A stretch of DNA of 64,000 nt, taken from Clostridiaceae bacterium. Its GTDB lineage: Bacteria; Bacillota; Clostridia; Clostridiales; Clostridiaceae. The stretch covers positions 4,867 through 68,866 of the forward strand of contig CAAEXF010000039.1 of the NCBI GenBank assembly GCA_900759715.1, read 5' to 3'. Made by a program: the position numbers and the translations under genes. Below are positions 10,761-19,793 of the stretch, piece by piece; the stretch's first letter is position 1, and each line of letters starts with the position of its first letter. The notes under the pieces are model-generated. The model did not search any database. It was not told where the DNA came from and was given only the letters and a program-made list of their open reading frames with translations.

Positions 10761-10790
10761 TATTTTCTCCCTGTGCGACATGTTTTATTC
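10761..10790 (-). promoter_or_regulatory. SigF/SigG-type forespore promoter
   Basis: GAATA-N15-GGAGAAAATA resembles the SigF consensus GYWTA-N15-GGnrAnAnTw. Confidence 0.55.
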
Positions 10791-10911
10791 TATTATAACA
10801 ATTCATTGATTTAGGAAAAATTGAATTATTTGCAGCAAACGGAATGATTTAATAGAAAACTTTTGTTACAGATGGAACATAATAAGTATATATATAAGTT
10901 GACATCTGGAG

Positions 10912-11598
10912 GTGATTTTTTTGTATCCAAGTATAAAAGACATATTAAAAATAAATGACATAAGTATATTAATTTCAAAAATGAATTATCAATCGAATAT
11001 AGTAATAGGTGTGCCGCATCATACTCCAGTAGGGACTTTTATGATGCCCTGTGAGAATCACATATATGGAGATCAAAACACAGGGTATGTTGGATATAAC
11101 ATAGCAGATAGCTTAGATTGTAACTTTTTATGTGCATGTAATTATTTTATAGATTCAAATAAAAATAATAATAATAATTATAGTGATTATTATATGGCAT
11201 TAGAGAAATGCAATCCAAAGTATTTGATTGAAATTCATGGTCATGGAGTAGAACATTGTGGTAATGATATTGAAATATCTTCAGGAAGTAAAGAAGATGA
11301 GTTTCATGCAATAAAGTTAAAAGATGAAATGAGAAGAATTATTGGTGCTCAATTAGAAGAAGATGATAATAATGAGGATTTACGAAATCTTGAAAAAATA
11401 AATATAAATGCAGACTTTAATAAAATATACTACAAGGCCAGTAAGTCAGCAACAATAGTTGATAAAAGATGGATTAGTTATCATATAGAGCTTCCACTTA
11501 TATTAAGGATAGAGGATAATAATGGGTATTTACCAAAGACAGGTTTGGAATTTGTTAACATATTATGCAAATCGATAAAAAATGTTTGTTTATATTGA
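10912..11598 (+). CDS. Hypothetical protein, possibly Zn-hydrolase (N-formylglutamate amidohydrolase-like) fold
   Basis: 228 aa; GVPHH, IEIHGHG and HIEL motifs suggest a Zn-carboxypeptidase-type fold (family inferred). Confidence 0.5.
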   Translation: MIFLYPSIKDILKINDISILISKMNYQSNIVIGVPHHTPVGTFMMPCENHIYGDQNTGYVGYNIADSLDCNFLCACNYFIDSNKNNNNNYSDYYMALEKCNPKYLIEIHGHGVEHCGNDIEISSGSKEDEFHAIKLKDEMRRIIGAQLEEDDNNEDLRNLEKININADFNKIYYKASKSATIVDKRWISYHIELPLILRIEDNNGYLPKTGLEFVNILCKSIKNVCLY

Positions 11599-11644
11599 CA
11601 ATAATAGATTAATAGTATTATAATGTTATTAAATTAATAAATGG

Positions 11645-11920
11645 CAATCCTTTGACGAGGAAGAGTAGCTATTATGTTTAATCACAGAGAGCTGAGGGTG
11701 GTGGGATCTCAGTATGAAAACAAATAGTGAATGGACCTTAGAGGAGTAAATCGAAATTCAAGATCCTTGAAGAGTAGTGGTTACCGTTAGCCGTACGTTA
11801 TAATGGCTAGAGCATGTTGGTGCTTGAAGATGAGAGGTGTTTAATTATTATTATTTTTAAATACAATTTAGGTGGTACCGCGGATAACTCCGTCCTAATT
11901 TTTAGGATGGGGTTTTTTTA
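11645..11920 (+). ncRNA. T-box riboswitch, Trp specifier
   Basis: AGTA and AGAGA/GGTG stem I motifs; specifier gaaTGGac at 11732-34; T-box AATTTAGGTGGTACCGCG; terminator 11886-11920; TTGACA..TATAAT promoter at 11595-11624. Confidence 0.95.
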
Positions 11921-12049
11921 TTTTGTATAAAAACTAAGCTTATTTAAATAAGCTATCTATTTGAGGTTTTAGTGAAAGTTTTAAGAGCGCTCATGAATTT
12001 TCATTAAATATAAATATATAAAAAATTATTATTTAAAGGAGAGATTTTT

Positions 12050-12574
12050 ATGAATTCAAGAATAAATTTAAAAAGAATTATTATAAATTCACTATTTTTA
12101 GGAATAGGTGCAGTTATTCACCAAATTGCTCCACCTATATTATTAGGAATGAAGCCAGATTTTTCTCTTGTGATGCTATTTATCATATTAATTTTGAATG
12201 ACGATTATAAAACTTGTTTAAGTGCTGGAATTGTAGCAGGTTTATTATCAGCTGCCACAACAACTTTTCCGGGAGGTCAGTTAGCCAATATAGTAGATAA
12301 ACTAATAACTATGAATGTAATATTCTTTTTATTGATACCTTTAAGAAATATATCAAATAATCAAGTGAAAATTATTTTAACTGCAGTAATAGGCACTATA
12401 GTAAGTGGATCATCATTTCTATTTACAGCTTTAATAACAGTAGGTTTGCCTGCAAGTTTTAAGGTATTATTTATATCAGTAGTGCTGCCTTCAACTTTAA
12501 TAAACACTATAGCTGCTTTTGTATTATTTAATGCTTTGAATGCTGCTACAAAAAGAACAGCTAGAGAAATATAA
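12050..12574 (+). CDS. trpP: Tryptophan transporter (TrpP, ECF S-component)
   Basis: GMKPDFSL.MLF and TTTFPGGQ.ANIVDK motifs; Trp T-box upstream. Confidence 0.92.
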   Translation: MNSRINLKRIIINSLFLGIGAVIHQIAPPILLGMKPDFSLVMLFIILILNDDYKTCLSAGIVAGLLSAATTTFPGGQLANIVDKLITMNVIFFLLIPLRNISNNQVKIILTAVIGTIVSGSSFLFTALITVGLPASFKVLFISVVLPSTLINTIAAFVLFNALNAATKRTAREI

Positions 12575-12653
12575 TTTATATATTAATACTATATTTAAAA
12601 TAATAACTACCTTAGATAGAATACAATTTTATCTAAGGTAGTTAATCAATGTT

Positions 12654-13055
12654 TTAGTCAAATCTTAATTGATCGTAAGCCTCTTCTCTATTTTCTTGTT
12701 TTTCTTTTATATTTCTAAGAGTTTGATCATCCATTTTTGAACCAAAATGGTCTACATATTCTTTTGTATCTTCTATATTTTCTTTAAGATTTTCAAGTGG
12801 ATGATCGTCATAAGTATCTCCATATATTATTGTATTTTTTAAATGTTGAATTTCAGCTTTTCTAGCTGCTTGAATATCTCTTGCATGAGCTTTTCCTTTA
12901 GGGTCACCTATTTCTGAATATTGCTCAAGATGTCTTTCTGTTCTAGTGTAATTTTCCACAGTAGTAATTAATTCATCTAAACGATGTTCAGTTTTTTCTG
13001 CAAGTCTTCTTTTTTCTATTAAGGAATTTTTTTCTCTGTCTTGTTCATTTCCCAT
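12654..13055 (-). CDS. Charged helical protein, possibly Tlp-like spore protein
   Basis: Start MGNEQ with RBS AGGAGGG; C-terminal L.NIKEKQENREEA resembles Tlp; SigG-like promoter upstream. Family call tentative. Confidence 0.5.
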   Translation of the reverse strand: MGNEQDREKNSLIEKRRLAEKTEHRLDELITTVENYTRTERHLEQYSEIGDPKGKAHARDIQAARKAEIQHLKNTIIYGDTYDDHPLENLKENIEDTKEYVDHFGSKMDDQTLRNIKEKQENREEAYDQLRFD

Positions 13056-13092
13056 TGTGAAAGCCCTCCTCATAAACTATCTATTACATACT

Positions 13093-13122
13093 TATTTTGA
13101 GTTTTACAAGAGGGTTTAATAC
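13093..13122 (-). promoter_or_regulatory. SigG-type promoter
   Basis: GTATT-N18-CAAAATA compared with consensus GHATA-N18-CAWWHTA. Confidence 0.5.
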
Positions 13123-13211
13123 TATAGAAAGTTTTCTAAAATTACAATATCTTATTAGAAAAAATATTAAAATTTAATATTATATTATTTAATATTACGA
13201 GTATATTGTTA

Positions 13212-14048
13212 TTATAGATATCTTAAGTTTTTCATGCTTATGTCTAATACTTTAAAAGAATGAGTAAGTGCTCCAGTAGATATAAAATTTACTCCAGTTT
13301 TAGCTATAGAATCTATTGTGTCTAATGTAACATTTCCTGAAGCTTCAATTTGAGCTTTTCCATTTATAATTTTTACTGAAGTTTTTAATGTTTCTATATC
13401 CATATTATCAAGCATAATTATATCAGCACCACACTCTAATGCTTCTTTCAGTTGAGCTAAAGTTTCAACCTCCACTTCTATTTTTCTAACAAAAGGAGCA
13501 TTTTTTCTTACTAAATCAATAGCATTTTTAATTCCACCAGCAGCATCTATATGATTATCTTTTATTAAAACTCCATCATTTAATCCAAATCTGTGATTAG
13601 TTCCGCCGCCAATTTTCACTGCATATTTTTCAAAAATTCTCATGTTAGGGGTAGTTTTTCTTGTATCTAGAAGCTTAATACCAGTTCCTTCTAGTTTGTT
13701 TACAAAGTTCCTTGTAAGAGTAGCTATTCCACTCATTCTTTGAAGAAAATTTAAAGCGACTCTTTCTCCACTAAGTAAGGTTTTTATATTTCCTGAGATT
13801 TCACCAAGCTTATCACCTTTTTTTATTTCATCTCCATCCTGTACATATAATAATGCTTCAGCATCTCCAAGAATGTAAAAAACTCTATTAAAGACTTCAA
13901 TACCAGCTATTATACCATTTTCTTTAGCAATTAAATCTACCACTGATTTTTGTCTGCTGTCTACTATAGATTCTGTTGTTATATCGCCATATTGTATATC
14001 TTCATTAAGAGCGCTTTTTATAATATCATCAGCAAGTAACCAATTCAT
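13212..14048 (-). CDS. nadC: Quinolinate phosphoribosyltransferase
   Basis: DTRKT, NHRFGL.D..LIKDNH, EVEVE, IMLDN and EASG motifs. Confidence 0.97.
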   Translation of the reverse strand: MNWLLADDIIKSALNEDIQYGDITTESIVDSRQKSVVDLIAKENGIIAGIEVFNRVFYILGDAEALLYVQDGDEIKKGDKLGEISGNIKTLLSGERVALNFLQRMSGIATLTRNFVNKLEGTGIKLLDTRKTTPNMRIFEKYAVKIGGGTNHRFGLNDGVLIKDNHIDAAGGIKNAIDLVRKNAPFVRKIEVEVETLAQLKEALECGADIIMLDNMDIETLKTSVKIINGKAQIEASGNVTLDTIDSIAKTGVNFISTGALTHSFKVLDISMKNLRYL

Positions 14049-15330
14049 TTCTTATGTCTCCTCTCAATTTACATAATGTATTAATTAAAACATCTCTATT
14101 TAAATTTTTATAATAGTCTAAGGTGCGTTGAATTTTTTCTGGTTTTGTTATTTTAACTTTTATATTTTTTATTTCCTTATTTATCTTCTTAGCACCTCTT
14201 CTTGAAAATACTAGACCTTCCAATAGAGAATTACTAGCTAGTCTATTTGTGCCATGAACACCTGTACAGCTAACTTCACCGAAGGCATATAGATTGCTCA
14301 TGGAGGTTTGTCCGTATAAATCTACATCTATTCCTCCCATAAAATAATGTTGTGCAGGAGAAACTGGAATTGGTTCCTTGCATATGTCTACACCATTTTT
14401 TAAACACTCTTCATATATATTGGGAAATCTTTTTAATAAAAAATCTTTACTCATAAAACTAACATCAAGATAAACATTTTTAGAATTAGTTCTTATCTTT
14501 TCCTCACATATATGCTTTGTAACTATGTCTCTTGAAAGTAATTCATCTACAAATCTTTCGCCTCTGTTATTTATAAGTTTTCCTCCTTCACCCCGTACTG
14601 ATTCTGAAATTAGAAATTTTCTACTATTTAAACTCTCATCAAAGAATGCTGTAGGATGAAATTGTATATAGTCTAGATTTTTAACTTTTATATTATTTCG
14701 TATAGCTATAGATATGCCATCACCTGTAATTATTCTTTGATTTGTAGAATTTTTAAAGATTCCTCCTATGCCACCTGTTGCTAATATACTAACCCTAGCA
14801 TGAATATCTATTTGTTCATTATCTTTTATACAAATTGCTCCAGTGCACGTATTACTATTTTTTAATATATCTACTAGCTCACAATTTTCATATATAGTAA
14901 TATTATTTTTTGACTTTACTTTATTTAAAAGAATTTCCTCAACTCTTTTTCCAGTTATGTCCTTATAATAAACAATTCTATTAATGCTGTGGGCACCTTC
15001 ACGTGTAAAACATAAACCTTCCATATCTTTTTCAAAATCTACTCCAAGTTTGCAAAGAGTACTTATATTATCTATGGATTCTTCTACTAGAACTTTAACA
15101 GCATCAATATCATTCTCATATTTCCCAGCTTTTAAGGTATCTTCTGTAAAAAGATCTATGTCTGTATGTCCTCTTGCTACAGATATTCCGCCTTGAGCTA
15201 AAGCAGTATTACATTCATCTTTTCTTCCTTTAGAAATCATAATTATATTCAAGTTATCACTTAGGTTTAGAGCAGAATATAGTCCAGCGACACCAGTACC
15301 AATAATCAAAACATCAGCAATTATGTCCAT
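14029..15330 (-). CDS. nadB: L-aspartate oxidase (short form)
   Basis: GTGVAG, AQGGI, TREGAHS, QFHPT and HGTNRLASNSLLEG motifs. Confidence 0.96.
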   Translation of the reverse strand: MDIIADVLIIGTGVAGLYSALNLSDNLNIIMISKGRKDECNTALAQGGISVARGHTDIDLFTEDTLKAGKYENDIDAVKVLVEESIDNISTLCKLGVDFEKDMEGLCFTREGAHSINRIVYYKDITGKRVEEILLNKVKSKNNITIYENCELVDILKNSNTCTGAICIKDNEQIDIHARVSILATGGIGGIFKNSTNQRIITGDGISIAIRNNIKVKNLDYIQFHPTAFFDESLNSRKFLISESVRGEGGKLINNRGERFVDELLSRDIVTKHICEEKIRTNSKNVYLDVSFMSKDFLLKRFPNIYEECLKNGVDICKEPIPVSPAQHYFMGGIDVDLYGQTSMSNLYAFGEVSCTGVHGTNRLASNSLLEGLVFSRRGAKKINKEIKNIKVKITKPEKIQRTLDYYKNLNRDVLINTLCKLRGDIRNELVTC

Positions 15331-15335
15331 ATATT

Positions 15336-16247
15336 TTAACCTCCAAGCTTATGCATGTTTGATAAAGCATTGTAGGCTTTTTGTCTTATATCTTCATCTA
15401 ATTCTATATTATATTCCATGTTTAAAAGACAATTATACACATCTTTTAAGTAGCTTTTTTTCATATTAATACAGCTCATTCCGCCGCCAGGAATATAAAA
15501 TTCCTTATTAGGGTCATTTAGCTTCATTTGATGAAGAACTCCTTCCTCAGTAACTATAAGAAATTTTTTATTAGAGCTTTTATTAACATAATTTATAATT
15601 TCTCCAGTACTCCCAATGAAATTAGCAGCATCTCTAACAGGCTTTTCACATTCAGGATGAGCTGCAATTAGTATGTCTGGATGTAAGTTTTTAGCTTTAA
15701 TCAATTCTTCAGGTTTAACTTTTTTGTGAGTTATACAGAACCCATTCCATAAAATAAACCTTTTTTCAGAAACCTGTTCTTGAATATATCCCCCTAGATT
15801 TTTATCAGGAAGGAATATTATTTCATCTTCTTCTAAATTTCTTATTATCTTTAGAGCATTGGAAGAAGTACAGCATACATCAGATATAGCTTTCACTTCT
15901 GCAGAAGAATTTATATAGCATACAACTTTTGCATTTGGGTGCTTTTTCTTTAATTCTTCAACACCCTCAGTATCGGCCATATCTGCCATAGGACACCCAG
16001 CATCTATTACTGGAAGTAATACAGTTTTTTCAGGAGAAAGTATTTTGGCACTTTCAGCCATAAATTTTACACCACAGAAGACTATTACTTTTTCCTTGCA
16101 ATCTTTGGCTATTTTACTTAGATAGTAAGAGTCGCCAACTGCGTCTGCGATATCCTGAATATCGGATCTTTGATAATAATGGGCTAAAATTATAGCATTT
16201 CTTTCTTTTTTTAATTTTAATATTTCATCTTTAAAATTAATCTCCAT
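15336..16247 (-). CDS. nadA: Quinolinate synthase A
   Basis: LAHYYQ, CGVKFMAE, AGCPMA and AHPEC motifs; start moved to MEINFK (RBS GGGGGA). Confidence 0.96.
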   Translation of the reverse strand: MEINFKDEILKLKKERNAIILAHYYQRSDIQDIADAVGDSYYLSKIAKDCKEKVIVFCGVKFMAESAKILSPEKTVLLPVIDAGCPMADMADTEGVEELKKKHPNAKVVCYINSSAEVKAISDVCCTSSNALKIIRNLEEDEIIFLPDKNLGGYIQEQVSEKRFILWNGFCITHKKVKPEELIKAKNLHPDILIAAHPECEKPVRDAANFIGSTGEIINYVNKSSNKKFLIVTEEGVLHQMKLNDPNKEFYIPGGGMSCINMKKSYLKDVYNCLLNMEYNIELDEDIRQKAYNALSNMHKLGG

Positions 16248-16268
16248 ACAAGTTCCCCCAGAATACAC

Positions 16269-16306
16269 ATTTATTTTACAGATGTATATACACCTGTAAA
16301 ATAAAT
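16269..16306 (-). promoter_or_regulatory. NiaR (YrxA)-type operator of nadABC
   Basis: 38-bp palindrome with one mismatch; core TACAGGTGTATATACATCTGTA just upstream of nadA. Confidence 0.8.
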
Positions 16307-16451
16307 ATACCACTAAAAGTATATTATATCAACTTGGTTGGTTAATATTTTAAGTTAGTAAATTAAAGTATTTGAAGAAATAAATATAAAATTCTTGTCA
16401 AATAATTTATAAATATGTCTTATGAAATTTTACAAAACTACATCACATAAT

Positions 16452-16496
16452 ATAGTAGTTTACATTATTATATAGTATAATAGTACTTAACATTAT
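16452..16496 (+). promoter_or_regulatory. Putative PadR autoregulatory operators
   Basis: Direct repeats ATAGTAGTTTACATTAT / ATAGTACTTAACATTAT upstream of the PadR gene. Confidence 0.45.
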
Positions 16497-16542
16497 AAAG
16501 TAGTTTATAAAATAAAATGAACTTATTAAGGAGGTTTACTAA

Positions 16543-16887
16543 TTGGAATTTGATAAAGAAATACTGAAAGGTTATATTGACACAATTATATTATGTGTTT
16601 TACAAGATAGTGATATGTACGGATATGAAATTGCTAAAAGAATAAAGGAAAAATCAAAAGAAAAATTTGAAATAAAGGAAGCTACTTTATATGTATCCTT
16701 AAAAAGGCTAGAAAAGAAGAATTATTTAGAAGGATACTGGAATGATGATGAAGGAACCGGAGGTGGAAGAAGAAGGTACTACAGAATTACTGAAGAAGGC
16801 AGGAAGTATTTTTCAGGAAAGGTAGAAGAATGGTCACTTTTAAAATCATTATTAAATAATTTTATGGAGGTTATATTAGATGAATAA
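16543..16887 (+). CDS. PadR family transcriptional regulator
   Basis: YGYEI, EATLY.SLKRLE and RRRYYRITEEG motifs; TTG start with AAGGAGG. Confidence 0.93.
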   Translation: MEFDKEILKGYIDTIILCVLQDSDMYGYEIAKRIKEKSKEKFEIKEATLYVSLKRLEKKNYLEGYWNDDEGTGGGRRRYYRITEEGRKYFSGKVEEWSLLKSLLNNFMEVILDE

Positions 16888-17500
16888 AATTGAGCGATAT
16901 ATCTATAAAATTTATGAGAATTTCGATAATGCAGATGAAGATACAAAAATATTGAAAGAGGAAATGAGAAATCATCTGTATGAAGAAGTAGAAGAATTAA
17001 AAAAGCAAGGACTAAGTGAAGAAGAGAGTATAGATAAGGCATTGGAGCGTTTTGGAAAAGAGAATTCTGTTGTGAAGGAAATGAACAATATATTGAGAAA
17101 TCGTAGTATATTTACAAAAATGCTTATTAAGACAGGTGTTATTGTCTTTATTATAGGATGCTTATTTCAAGTCATTAGTATATTTAATAACGGTGAAAAC
17201 ATCCAGTATTTTAGTGGAGACTTAATTAAAAATGGATTTAGAAGTATTTCATATCTATTATTTATGATTTCACTAGCCATTTGGGATATAGCTTTCTATT
17301 ATTATTACTATCTTAAAAATAACGATTTAGTTGTAATGGCGTTTTTACTTTGCGATTTTGTCATATGTGTACCTGTTTTGTTTATATGGATTTATTTTCC
17401 GAACCACAAGATGGCAAGTATGACTTTTATATTAGGGATTACTTTTGTAATAACTCTAATTCTAAGGATATATTATGTTAAAAGCAAAAAATGGAATTAG
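16880..17500 (+). CDS. Permease-prefix-1/HAAS-type membrane protein (PadR partner)
   Basis: E...HL....EEL.KQGLSEEE....ALERFG N-terminus plus about 4 TM; overlaps the PadR stop. Confidence 0.8.
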   Translation: MNKIERYIYKIYENFDNADEDTKILKEEMRNHLYEEVEELKKQGLSEEESIDKALERFGKENSVVKEMNNILRNRSIFTKMLIKTGVIVFIIGCLFQVISIFNNGENIQYFSGDLIKNGFRSISYLLFMISLAIWDIAFYYYYYLKNNDLVVMAFLLCDFVICVPVLFIWIYFPNHKMASMTFILGITFVITLILRIYYVKSKKWN

Positions 17501-17670
17501 AGTAAAGTGCAAAAAATAGATATAGCTTGTCAAAGCTTAGGTATAGGTAATATGTACAAGTATAATAGCTATTACTATAGGATATTATAAATAATAAGTT
17601 AATAAAAAAAGTGCAAAAACTAAGTAAAAACTTTTCTTATAAATTAGTAAATAATGGAGGGGGTTTATAT

Positions 17671-17817
17671 ATGAAGATAGGTGATAAAAGAAACTATAAA
17701 CAAAAAGGGTTTAGAGAAGGAACTAGGTTTTCAAAAAACCAGATAAAGCAAACTATTGAAAAGAGAGCTTATAATGAAAGTGGATGGAACAATAAAGATG
17801 GAGAACAATATGAATAA
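17671..17817 (+). CDS. Small hypothetical protein (48 aa)
   Basis: ATG 17671 preceded by GGAGGGGG. Confidence 0.55.
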   Translation: MKIGDKRNYKQKGFREGTRFSKNQIKQTIEKRAYNESGWNNKDGEQYE

Positions 17818-17849
17818 ATAATATTAAAGCAAATTTTAAATTATTACAT

Positions 17850-17878
17850 TTGATTATTAGCAAATATAGTGATAAAAT
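17850..17878 (+). promoter_or_regulatory. SigA promoter of the ABC-hydG operon
   Basis: TTGATT-N17-TAAAAT with extended -10 TG. Confidence 0.65.
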
Positions 17879-17884
17879 TATAAC

Positions 17885-18208
17885 TAACCAAGTTATTTAT
17901 GAATTCAGATAATTTTGGAAAGCTTCTGGAATATTTGATGCATAAATAACACTATCTATATTTTTAACCTAACAGAGAGGAATGTTCTGATCTGAAGGGA
18001 TTGTAGATTTATAAGTAGGTAGTCGGTATATATTTTATATATCTATAATTTGCGAATAATCTAACTTTCCCTAAAAATACAATGAATTTCCTATTTAAGA
18101 AAGAATTCTATTCTTAAAAGAAGAAATTCTAACTAGTCAATGGTTTAAATTTTTCAATTTAAGCTGATTTGATAGATAAAGTATTTTAGGGAAAGTTTTT
18201 GTTTTTTG
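17885..18208 (+). promoter_or_regulatory. Unassigned structured leader (candidate riboswitch/attenuator)
   Basis: Hairpins 17892-17950 and 17951-18023; closing stem 18063-18080/18181-18197 followed by a U tract; alternative pairing 17996-18009/18058-18072. Confidence 0.55.
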
Positions 18209-18233
18209 TAATAATTTTCGAGGAGAGAATTAC

Positions 18234-19025
18234 ATGAAGATAGTAAGGGGACTATTTATACCATTTATCATTATTACCATATGGTGTGTAGGATCTGCAT
18301 TACATATATTTAATGATTATATTATACCAAGCCCGCTATCAGTAGGGAGTGCTGCATATACGTTAATTAAAAGTGGAGTATTATTTAAGCATTTAACAGT
18401 AAGTTTTTATAGGGTATTTATAGGTTTTATTATAACTTTTGCAGTAGCTTTTCCTTTTGCAATTTTGGTAGGTATGAATGAAAAAGCAAGGCCATATTTA
18501 GAACCAATTTTAGAGTTTAACAGACATATTCCACCGATTGCACTGATTCCAATACTAATATTATGGTTTGGAATAGGAGAGCTTTCAAAGATATCAGTTA
18601 TATTTCTTGCAACCTTTTTCCCTATATTCTCAAGTACGTTAAATGGAATAACAAACTACGATAAAAAGCTTTTAGAAGTTGGAGAGGTTTTTCAATTTAG
18701 TAGTAAAGATAAATTTTTCAAGATAATATTGCCTCAAGCGGTTCCATCAATATTAACAGGTGTACAGCTAGGATTAGGATATAGTTGGAGAGCTTTGATG
18801 GGAGCAGAATTAATTGCAGCATCATCTGGTATAGGCTATATGATAATGGATGCAGAACAGTTATCAAGGCCAGACATTATTATAGTGGGTATTTTTTCTA
18901 TAGGCATTTTAGGATATGTTATTGATTATATATTTCTTAAGTTAACAAATAAGTTTATGTGCTTCCATGGAGAAGAGGTGAAGTATGGCAGGACTTATAA
19001 TAAAGAATCTATGCAAGAATTTTAA
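18234..19025 (+). CDS. ABC transporter permease (SsuC/TauC-like)
   Basis: IPPIALIP...LWFGIGE, WRALMGAEL and GIGYMI motifs. Confidence 0.9.
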   Translation: MKIVRGLFIPFIIITIWCVGSALHIFNDYIIPSPLSVGSAAYTLIKSGVLFKHLTVSFYRVFIGFIITFAVAFPFAILVGMNEKARPYLEPILEFNRHIPPIALIPILILWFGIGELSKISVIFLATFFPIFSSTLNGITNYDKKLLEVGEVFQFSSKDKFFKIILPQAVPSILTGVQLGLGYSWRALMGAELIAASSGIGYMIMDAEQLSRPDIIIVGIFSIGILGYVIDYIFLKLTNKFMCFHGEEVKYGRTYNKESMQEF

Positions 19026-19722
19026 TATAAATAATAAAGAAATTCTAGCTCTTAATAATATAAATCTATACATAGAAGATGGAAGTTTTGTCACCATTGT
19101 TGGAAAAAGTGGATGTGGAAAAACTACTTTACTTAGAATAATATGTGCATTGGAAAAGCAAACCTATGGTGAAATAGAGTTTACTTCTGATAATAAAGAA
19201 GAAGATATATCAAAAAGAGTGGGAATAGTATTCCAAGAACCAAGACTTATGCCCTGGCTTACTGTAGAACAAAACATGGCATTTCCGCTTATGAAAAATA
19301 AAAATAAGGAAGAAACTTATTACATCGTTCACAAGTACCTTGAAATGCTTGGTTTAGAAAGCTTCAAAGATGCATATCCATCACAAATTTCAGGAGGTAT
19401 GGCTCAAAGAGTATCCTTAGGAAGAACACTTTGCTATGATCCAGAGATAATATTAATGGACGAGCCTTTAGGAGCGCTGGATGCTTTTAATAGAAGAAAG
19501 CTTCAAAATGAATTTATAAATATTTTTATAGAAAATAAAAAGACAGTTATATTTGTAACTCATGATGTTGAAGAAGCTATTTATTTAGGACAAAAGGTAG
19601 TAGTAATGGATGATGGAAAAGTATCAAGTGAGATATCAGTACCCCTAGAATATTATAGAAATACAACTGATTTACGATTTTTAAAACTAAGAGAAGATAT
19701 ACTTCACTTGTTTTTAAAATAA
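18985..19722 (+). CDS. ABC transporter ATPase (SsuB/TauB-like)
   Basis: GKSGCGKT, VFQEPRLMPW, SGGMAQR, MDEP and VTHD motifs. Confidence 0.93.
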   Translation: MAGLIIKNLCKNFNINNKEILALNNINLYIEDGSFVTIVGKSGCGKTTLLRIICALEKQTYGEIEFTSDNKEEDISKRVGIVFQEPRLMPWLTVEQNMAFPLMKNKNKEETYYIVHKYLEMLGLESFKDAYPSQISGGMAQRVSLGRTLCYDPEIILMDEPLGALDAFNRRKLQNEFINIFIENKKTVIFVTHDVEEAIYLGQKVVVMDDGKVSSEISVPLEYYRNTTDLRFLKLREDILHLFLK

Positions 19723-19793
19723 AATTACAATTTTTTATTGAAATATATCACTTTAAAAGAATAATATTTTGAAAAGTTATAGGAGGAATAAAA

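Noticed and set aside
13212..16247. Functional link between nadABC and the SIR2-like gene
   Set aside because: They are more than 30 kb apart, and nadABC is an ordinary operon with its own operator.
17967..18000. TPP riboswitch (AACCT...GAAGGGA resembles its 3' half)
   Set aside because: The GGGG/CTGAGA pyrimidine-sensor elements and the CCTGAT..TAAT..AGCG pattern are missing.
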